This document shows positions 18,149 through 25,206 of a DNA stretch of 38,574 nucleotides, piece after piece. The notes below the pieces were generated by a model. It worked only from the letters and a program-made list of their open reading frames with translations, was not told where the DNA came from and made no database searches. The position numbers and the translations under genes are program-made. The stretch comes from Candidatus Zixiibacteriota bacterium (GTDB lineage: Bacteria > Zixibacteria > MSB-5A5 > CAIYYT01). How positions within the stretch are numbered: the first letter of the stretch is position 1; every line of letters begins with the position of its first letter. Location of the stretch: NCBI GenBank assembly GCA_040235515.1, contig JBECKX010000210.1, positions 1 through 38,574 on the forward strand. The letters run 5' to 3'.

Positions 18149-18901
18149 TCAGCGCAACCTGAACTTGATCTCATAAGCCACCCAGACCCGCACCGGTTGC
18201 TTGTTTTGCAGTCCGGGGCTCCACTTGCCGAGGCGTGCCGATTCGAGTGCGGCTTCCTCGAATCCTGCGTTGGCCCCCGATTCGTGCAGGATGATTGCAT
18301 CCATAACCGAACCGTCGAAGTCGATCAGGACCTTCACCCAGACAGTTCCTTCAATGCCTGCTCGTTTGGCGATACTCGGATATCTCGGCGAGACGAGATC
18401 GATCGCCTGAGGCCGAACCTCAATCGCAATGAAAGTGTCTGGCGGTGGCACAAAGCGGAGGGCAACACCGGCTTGATCGCTCCCCCAAAGGCTACCGCCG
18501 TCGTTGCCTCCACTCCCTATCTGCCGCGAAATCTCCTCTTGAGAAGCCATTACCGGATCGAGCGGGATCGGCACGGTGTCGCTGACCACGTCAAATTCAC
18601 AGACATCGATGATTACCTGGTCGGGAAGCGTCGGGGGTAGTGCCGGAACGACCTCAGACGGAGTCTCGACAGTGGGGGGAGGGAGGCTCAGATCAATCGT
18701 AAAGGTATCGGTCAGGGCCACAGTGCGGGGTTCCGGTCCTGCCGGTGGCGCAGCCGAGGCGAGCATAGTTGTCACCAACAACATCAGAGCCGTCGCCCCC
18801 AGGATGATCAGCACTGCAATGAACAGGTTGCGGTGGTAGCACCGTTTCAGTTCCAGCGCTCCCATGAGAGCGGTCACTCCTGCATCACGAATCGTACGCA
18901 T
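18149..18901 (-). CDS. Energy transducer TonB (paralog 2)
   Basis: GALELKRCY N-terminal motif, TM, Pro-rich linker, PRYPSIAKRAGIEGTVWVKV; AGGAGG RBS before ATG 18901. Confidence 0.88.
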   Translation of the reverse strand: MRTIRDAGVTALMGALELKRCYHRNLFIAVLIILGATALMLLVTTMLASAAPPAGPEPRTVALTDTFTIDLSLPPPTVETPSEVVPALPPTLPDQVIIDVCEFDVVSDTVPIPLDPVMASQEEISRQIGSGGNDGGSLWGSDQAGVALRFVPPPDTFIAIEVRPQAIDLVSPRYPSIAKRAGIEGTVWVKVLIDFDGSVMDAIILHESGANAGFEEAALESARLGKWSPGLQNKQPVRVWVAYEIKFRLR

Positions 18902-19169
18902 GGCGTTATCCCTCCTTGTGAATGGCGCCGGCGTGGACAGGGCGCGCATTCGACATTGTTTGAATCTGGCTGCTCTAAAAGCGGGTTGTGATGTCGCTGA
19001 GTCAGTTGCTCAGACTGTTTCTATCGGGAATACAGCCTGGGTGCCCGGTCTATTCCCGCTGACGAAGGAGATTCGTTCGTCAGAATTGCAGGAGCACCAT
19101 CGAGTCGATCTGGGCCACTAGACGTCGATGTTTGGTGTGAGGGAAAATCTAGTTGTTGGTGAGGGAACG

Positions 19170-19197
19170 GACCGGCGGTCGGTTACAACCGCCGATC
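19170..19197 (-). terminator. GC-rich stem-loop downstream of tonB1 (no clear U-tract)
   Basis: CGGCGGT...ACCGCCG inverted repeat ~27 nt after the stop. Confidence 0.35.
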
Positions 19198-19223
19198 TGC
19201 AAATTTCGAACAAGCCTGAGGGT

Positions 19224-19961
19224 TTAGCGGCCACCCTTAAGCTGGAACTTCACTTCATAAGCTACCCAGAGCGCCACCGGCTGCTTGTTCTGCATGGCGG
19301 GTCTCCAGATACTCTTCTTAGCGGCTTCAAGTGCGGCCTCTTCGAACCCGGCATTAGCACCTGATTCCTTGAGGATAATCGCGTCACGCACATTGCCGTC
19401 CTTGTCGACGAGCACCTTTACCCAGACAGAACCCTCGATACCGGCCTTGCGGGCGATTTCAGGGTACTTCGGGGATTCCTTCTGCAGTAGCTGTGGTTGT
19501 TCTTCAACCGCGATAAACTCATCCGGCGCCGGCAGGTAATCCTCGAGCGGGATATCCACCTGGATGTTGCCTGTGCCTTCACCCTCCGTGATCACCGGCG
19601 AGGTGATTTCGGCAAGTTCATCCTGCGAGACCACCACGAAGTCCTCGACGACTTCTTCATCCGGTACAGCTTCCGGCAGCGTGAACTTAGGCGCCGCAAC
19701 TTCCTGCGTTACCTTGATCTGCTGCGGTTTCCGCGCCAGCGACGGCGGCGGGCCGAGTTCGGAGATGTCGCGGATGATCAGCGTGGGTGCCTCGACCGCT
19801 TCGGAAGCGGTCAGCATCCGGATCAACGCGATTCCGCCAATAATCACCGCGAAGCCTAGCAGGACAAAGAGAGTAGCCTTGAACATGTTGCCCCAGTAGG
19901 TGCGCTTCATTTCGAAGGCGCCAATCGGGGACCATCTGACAGCGCGAGTTGCAGTAGTCAT
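19224..19961 (-). CDS. tonB: Energy transducer TonB (paralog 1)
   Basis: GAFEMKRTY, TM, acidic/Pro linker, PKYPEIARKAGIEGSVWVKV; directly follows exbD. Confidence 0.92.
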   Translation of the reverse strand: MTTATRAVRWSPIGAFEMKRTYWGNMFKATLFVLLGFAVIIGGIALIRMLTASEAVEAPTLIIRDISELGPPPSLARKPQQIKVTQEVAAPKFTLPEAVPDEEVVEDFVVVSQDELAEITSPVITEGEGTGNIQVDIPLEDYLPAPDEFIAVEEQPQLLQKESPKYPEIARKAGIEGSVWVKVLVDKDGNVRDAIILKESGANAGFEEAALEAAKKSIWRPAMQNKQPVALWVAYEVKFQLKGGR

Positions 19962-19963
19962 GG

Positions 19964-20590
19964 CTATTCCCCTCCTCCTACGGACTCTCCGTGCGCCAGC
20001 GCCATCCTGCGATCATGTTTGCGATCCCAGTGATCGATCGAATAGCGGAAGCTGAAGCTGTCGAAGTCGGGGTTTGCCTCAAGGTAGGTCTTCATGAAAT
20101 CCTCGTTATTGCGCAACAGGGCTTCAGAGACCTCGACTTCATCGAGCAAATCGATCATTCTGGAGTATGGAGCTTCGGGGTGAATAATCAGCAATGTATT
20201 CAGTTTGGGACGATCCCAGTTATAGCGGATGAACAGCGTCCTCAGCGAATCGGCGCTGACCTCGATCGGTACCTTGATATCTTCGCCGGTCTCCAGAGAC
20301 TTGCCGATATCGTAGTAGATGTCGCCTTCCTCATCGACGTAGACATTCAAAAGATTCGATGTCTTGACCTTCTGGCGGTCAGCGGTCTCATCCTCAGATT
20401 TCGGAGGAAGGTTGATTTCCATTGCCTGTGGCATGGCGAACACTGTCGTGACCATGTAGAAAATCAGCAACAGGAAAGCGATATCGACCATGGGAGTCAT
20501 GTCGATACGAATGGCAAGTCTGCGCTTGGGGCGCCTTAGACCTTTCTTTTTCCCACCACTAGGTTCTTTTTGGGGGGCATCAACAGCCAT
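19964..20590 (-). CDS. exbD: Biopolymer transporter ExbD/TolR (long form)
   Basis: IDMTPMVDIAFLLLIFYMVTT with conserved Asp; APYSRMIDLLD. Confidence 0.9.
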   Translation of the reverse strand: MAVDAPQKEPSGGKKKGLRRPKRRLAIRIDMTPMVDIAFLLLIFYMVTTVFAMPQAMEINLPPKSEDETADRQKVKTSNLLNVYVDEEGDIYYDIGKSLETGEDIKVPIEVSADSLRTLFIRYNWDRPKLNTLLIIHPEAPYSRMIDLLDEVEVSEALLRNNEDFMKTYLEANPDFDSFSFRYSIDHWDRKHDRRMALAHGESVGGGE

Positions 20591-20605
20591 TCAGTCTCAC
20601 CTCCT

Positions 20606-21079
20606 CTATATTGCCTCAGATTCAAGTTCGGTCACGACCTGGAACCGTGGCAGGTTTGACTCCACCATCGTATCCATGATCTTCTGCATAGTACCGAACT
20701 TGGCATCTTTGTCAGCTTTGATGATAACCAGCGCGCTCAGGTTGCGAGCACGGATCTGGTTGACGATGCTACCCACCTGGAATGGAGTGGTTTCGATGTA
20801 GACACGGTCCAGCTTGTTGACCGTCTGTCCATTGATTTCTTCCTCGACTCTTTCAACGTAGTCGACGAAGACCGAATCCTGGGAGGTAACGGTAATCATG
20901 ATCTTATCTTTTGATGGCAATTCGATCTGCGAATGCGACACCGGAAGGGTAACTTCCTTCTGCTCCGGTGGTTTGAACTGCGTCGTTGCCATATAGAAAA
21001 TCAATAGCAGAAACGCGATATCCACCATAGGTGTCATGTCGATTCGGATCGACAGTCGCCGTTTCTTCTTAATTGCCAT
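20606..21079 (-). CDS. exbD: Biopolymer transporter ExbD/TolR
   Basis: IDMTPMVDIAFLLLIFYMATTQF; IKADKDAKFG. Confidence 0.92.
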   Translation of the reverse strand: MAIKKKRRLSIRIDMTPMVDIAFLLLIFYMATTQFKPPEQKEVTLPVSHSQIELPSKDKIMITVTSQDSVFVDYVERVEEEINGQTVNKLDRVYIETTPFQVGSIVNQIRARNLSALVIIKADKDAKFGTMQKIMDTMVESNLPRFQVVTELESEAI

Positions 21080-21082
21080 CTC

Positions 21083-21844
21083 TTATGCCGCCTTATCAGC
21101 CTGAGCCTTGAACAGCTGCAGCACTTCATAGGTTGCTTCGTCCGTCGTGTAGTTGAATGAGTCAACCTTGTTGACGAAGAAGTTATAGAAGAAAATACCG
21201 AGGATACCGGAGACGAGACCACCGGCGGTATTCACCAGCGCCTCGGCGATACCCTTCGCCAGCGAGTTCGCGTCGATCACGCCACCCTGCGCCGAACCGG
21301 TAGCCGCGAAGGCACGAATCATACCAATCGTTGTACCGAGAAGACCGACCATGGTTGCAATCGATGCGATCGTTGACATGGCGATCAGGTTGCGCTCAAG
21401 CAGCGGTCCTTCGAGTGCGTTGGCTTCCTCGATCGCGGCCTGAACCTGGGAAATCTTCTTTTCGGTATCCATGCTTGAATCGTTCTTCACGTTCATGAAA
21501 CGCTCGATGCCGGCGCGAAGCACATTAGCGGTAGTACCGCGCTGCTTCTCGCAGGCAGCGATGGCGTCCTCGTATTTGCCGTCGCGCAGCATCTTGATCA
21601 GGTTCTTGAAGAATACCTGAATCGAGGATTTGCCCTTGGCGACGCGCAACGAGAGGAAGCGCTCGACCACGAATGCCAGCAGCATAAACAGGATAGCGAT
21701 AAGCACGATAACGAGCGGACCACCCTCATGTACGGAATGAGGAATTGTGCCGGGCTCCTGAGAGCCCAGAATCGGTCCCCAGATTACGTAACCGAAGACT
21801 ATTGCAACGATCGTTATGATTGTTACGAAGATGGTTTGTTTCAC
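21083..21844 (-). CDS. exbB: MotA/TolQ/ExbB proton channel protein
   Basis: ATMVGLLGTTIGMIRAF, GIAEALVNTAGGL; GTG start with GGAGG RBS. Confidence 0.93.
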   Translation of the reverse strand: MKQTIFVTIITIVAIVFGYVIWGPILGSQEPGTIPHSVHEGGPLVIVLIAILFMLLAFVVERFLSLRVAKGKSSIQVFFKNLIKMLRDGKYEDAIAACEKQRGTTANVLRAGIERFMNVKNDSSMDTEKKISQVQAAIEEANALEGPLLERNLIAMSTIASIATMVGLLGTTIGMIRAFAATGSAQGGVIDANSLAKGIAEALVNTAGGLVSGILGIFFYNFFVNKVDSFNYTTDEATYEVLQLFKAQADKAA

Positions 21845-21953
21845 CGGAAAAATCCTCCGAGTTTCTTCATTAAAACGTCAGCTAATTTCTAATCATCCAA
21901 TCGAGGGGTCAACATCTGGTAGACTGTGCTGACCGCCTGCGCGTTTAATCTTG

Positions 21954-22703
21954 CTAAAGCTCTCGAGACTTGTTGAAGTTGAGCATCATGCCGAAGAAGG
22001 CGATCCAGAAGCCATAGCTCGAGAACTGGATCAACGTTATTACCGTGTACCTGCTTCCCAGATCATAGACACCCAGATGTTCACCGAACGGGATCCTCTG
22101 GGTTACTATGCCCAGCACTATTATTGCGAGAAAGATGAGCAGGGGAATGAGGTTGAGCCTGAGGATTGACTTCACCCGGCCAACGTAGGCCGCCTCTGAC
22201 TTCGCTTTAAGAAATGGTGCCGCGAGCCCGAGGATTCCGAGGATTATACAGAGCGCAGCCATGGCGGCGAGGAGATAGACCGTCGTCGGGATGACCCAGC
22301 CATCCATCTTCTCGACATAGAACCAGAAACCGTCGCGATTGAAGAATCCGAGCAGTCCTGAGAAGGTCTCGGGACCATAAATAGTTTTGACGGAGAACCA
22401 GGTCAGGAATGGCGCGATGATCATAGCCAGGCTGGCGATGACAATGAAGATGCGATCAGTTGCGCCAATCGCCGTTGAATAAACTACCGAGTTGCGGTAG
22501 ATTGAGCCTACCTGACCCTTGACGCGCTCAACGTAGCTTTGACGTTCATTATCACTCTTCCAGAAATTACCGACCTTGGAGCCGAAGGCTTCAAAGCCGA
22601 TATACTGGTAGCGCTCATCTCCCAGCGCGGCAGATTCGGCGCTTGCCGCGCCGGCCGCTGCTGAGGCGTTCCCGGATTTGTTATCAGTTTTTTCTTCAGC
22701 CAT
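21954..22703 (-). CDS. Hypothetical membrane protein (~4 TM)
   Basis: Clean ORF with RBS between TPR and exbB genes; soluble N-terminus then hydrophobic segments. Confidence 0.7.
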   Translation of the reverse strand: MAEEKTDNKSGNASAAAGAASAESAALGDERYQYIGFEAFGSKVGNFWKSDNERQSYVERVKGQVGSIYRNSVVYSTAIGATDRIFIVIASLAMIIAPFLTWFSVKTIYGPETFSGLLGFFNRDGFWFYVEKMDGWVIPTTVYLLAAMAALCIILGILGLAAPFLKAKSEAAYVGRVKSILRLNLIPLLIFLAIIVLGIVTQRIPFGEHLGVYDLGSRYTVITLIQFSSYGFWIAFFGMMLNFNKSREL

Positions 22704-22740
22704 TAAACAAAGTCCTTAGCGTAAGTCAGGCGGGAGCCCT

Positions 22741-24522
22741 CTATTCAAGCGACTCCTTCAGACTTTTGAGTGTCTCATTATTGGGATCGCACTTGAGGCC
22801 ACGATTCGCCCACTTGAGTGCATCGTTGTCATGTTCAACGGTCTCATAGAAACTATGAGCCTGAGCAAGCCATGTAATCACGTCGATTTCTGTGCAAATG
22901 TCAACACCATTTGCCTCCATCTTATTGATGCTCTTGGTGAGATTCGCGACGGCTGCGTCTTTCTCCACCGGCTTGGCCGAGACGTGCGCGAAACCGATCC
23001 ACTTGTAAGGCTCGTATGCGTTCGGATCAGCTTTGGCCCACTTGCCATACCACTCAAGACCCTTCGCACGGTTCTTCAGTGTGTGCATGTAGGTATTGGC
23101 AATAGTCTTGTAAGCGAGGATGTAGTCCGGCTTCAACTCCGTAACCTTGATCATCTGCTGCATCGCTTCCTCTTCGCGATTAAGCTTGAGGAGTGCAAAG
23201 GCGAGATTGAGGTAGGTGTTGTAGACATCCGGCTCGGCCGCGATCTTCTTCTCGAACCATGGCACCGCGTTCTCGTAATCACCGATATAGTAGTAGCTCA
23301 GGCCCAGCTGGACATACATCTGGGGATCCTCGTCCTTCAGCGAAATGGCCTTGAGATAGTTGGGGATGGCGCGCTCAAGCAGTGTTGAGTCGGCGGTTCC
23401 GCCGTTCTGTTTCCCATCCATATAAAGCTGGAAGAAGGTGACGGCGCGTTCGCGGAAGAAATCGTAGTACTCCGGCGTCCACTCATAATTGGGGTCGCCG
23501 CCGGTGATCTTGTTCTCGTAATCCTGATAAGCCTGCACGGCTTCATCGAATCGCTGCAGCCGGAAGAGCGCCTTCGCCTTCTGGTCATAGGCCTGCGACT
23601 TATCGGTACCTGAGGCGATCGCCCGGTCAAGGTACTTCACGGCTGATTCGTATGCGTTGACGTAGTAGTACGCCTGCCCCAGACGATAGTCGACTTCATC
23701 AGTCTCCTTACCGTTGGTGCTGAGGTACTTCTCGTATGCCCAGATCGCGCTACGGAAGAAGTCTTGAGCTTTGGCGGCATCGCTGTTCAGCGTAGAGAGG
23801 CCGGTGATCATATAGATGTCGGCCATCATGTTGTAAGCGGTAGTGTAGTTGGAGTCGAGGCCGATCGCTTTCGACACATCCTTGAGAGCGTCCGTGAACT
23901 GGCGCTGTTTGTATTGTGCGCGCCCGAGTTTGTACCAGGTTTCGGCATCCGTGGAATCCTTCTTCAGGATATCCTGATACTTGCCGATCGCCACGGCGTA
24001 CACTTCATTCTCGTAGTTCATATCAGCATGATCGCGCTGGAATTCGATGTTATCCGGCTCGGCGATCAGGGCTTTGCGGAAATTGATGTCGGCGTTTGAG
24101 TAGTCACCCTGGGCGAGGTAGAGATGCCCGAGGTGGTTTTCGAAACGCGCCTTATAATCCTTGCTCTTCTCGGCGCCTTTTTCAAGGATCTTCTTGGCCT
24201 CGTCATACTTGCCTTCGTAGACGTAGGTTAACCCGAGGTAGGCTTTGGCCGGATCATAGTTGCCTTTCTTGTCAAGGCAATCATCGAAGGCCTTTTCGGC
24301 CAGGGAATACTCCTCTTTCTCAAGGTAGCAGCGACCGAGCCAGTAATACAGCTCATGGTAACGCGAATCCTTCTCGATTGCTTTCTGCAATGAAGCGATG
24401 CATTGGTCGTACTTACGTGCCTTGAATAGCTGTTCCGCATCAGAGGCGGCATCGGCCAAGACCATGCCTGCGCTGAACAACCAGACCAGTAGAAGTATAC
24501 TAAAAAACTTGATAAATTTCAT
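22741..24522 (-). CDS. Exported tetratricopeptide-repeat protein
   Basis: Signal peptide MKFIKFF...VLA|D; many TPR units (YYWLGRCY, AYLGLTY, WYKLGRAQY, YLNLAFAL); GGAG RBS before ATG 24522. Confidence 0.88.
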   Translation of the reverse strand: MKFIKFFSILLLVWLFSAGMVLADAASDAEQLFKARKYDQCIASLQKAIEKDSRYHELYYWLGRCYLEKEEYSLAEKAFDDCLDKKGNYDPAKAYLGLTYVYEGKYDEAKKILEKGAEKSKDYKARFENHLGHLYLAQGDYSNADINFRKALIAEPDNIEFQRDHADMNYENEVYAVAIGKYQDILKKDSTDAETWYKLGRAQYKQRQFTDALKDVSKAIGLDSNYTTAYNMMADIYMITGLSTLNSDAAKAQDFFRSAIWAYEKYLSTNGKETDEVDYRLGQAYYYVNAYESAVKYLDRAIASGTDKSQAYDQKAKALFRLQRFDEAVQAYQDYENKITGGDPNYEWTPEYYDFFRERAVTFFQLYMDGKQNGGTADSTLLERAIPNYLKAISLKDEDPQMYVQLGLSYYYIGDYENAVPWFEKKIAAEPDVYNTYLNLAFALLKLNREEEAMQQMIKVTELKPDYILAYKTIANTYMHTLKNRAKGLEWYGKWAKADPNAYEPYKWIGFAHVSAKPVEKDAAVANLTKSINKMEANGVDICTEIDVITWLAQAHSFYETVEHDNDALKWANRGLKCDPNNETLKSLKESLE

Positions 24523-24592
24523 TTTTGGGACTCCGTATCGTGCCAAGCGACGCGACTAAAGGCTGGCAATATAGCCCGCCCTCTAGAGCGCG

Positions 24593-24790
24593 TCAAGGCT
24601 TTTTGGCTCGCCCACGACCACCCATGTAGGTCATTGCCAAACGGATGGCGCCGTAGACTATAATTACTACTCCAAACCCGACTTGATAAGTCGAATCAAA
24701 CACTCCAATCACTCCCGTCACGAACAAAACGCCGACAGTCATGATGATCAGGATCGAGAGATAATTGACAATTTGGTCAACTCGTATCAT
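24593..24790 (-). CDS. Small 2-TM membrane protein
   Basis: 65 aa, two hydrophobic helices, FG..II.YG.IR motif; AAGGA RBS. Confidence 0.65.
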   Translation of the reverse strand: MIRVDQIVNYLSILIIMTVGVLFVTGVIGVFDSTYQVGFGVVIIVYGAIRLAMTYMGGRGRAKKP

Positions 24791-25206
24791 ACCAAGCAGG
24801 TCCTTCTTCTGCTATTTATACAGATTTGGCGACGATATCTTCCAAGGCCTGCAGAAAATCTACGAATTTGGCGGTTTTGGTCAATTGCCGCTGCTTTCCC
24901 ATTATCCGATACTATTACTACCAATTTACGTGCCAATTCGGTACCTCTTAGTGACGTTGTAAGTGACTATTTGTCAAGTGATTATGAAGTGTTGCAGGCG
25001 ACCCCGGCAACGCGAATACTGCGCAAACGCAGACTCTGCGGCACCGGAAATGTGCCCTGATTGTAAGTCGTTCAAAAATAGTAGTTTAGGCAGATCATTA
25101 CACCACCTTGTGGCGTGAGATTTCGCGCACTCTTTTTTCGTGTCTGCATAGCTGCAAGGTGTGATCTGCGATAGAAGGATTACAGTATCCATCATCTTTT
25201 GAGTCT

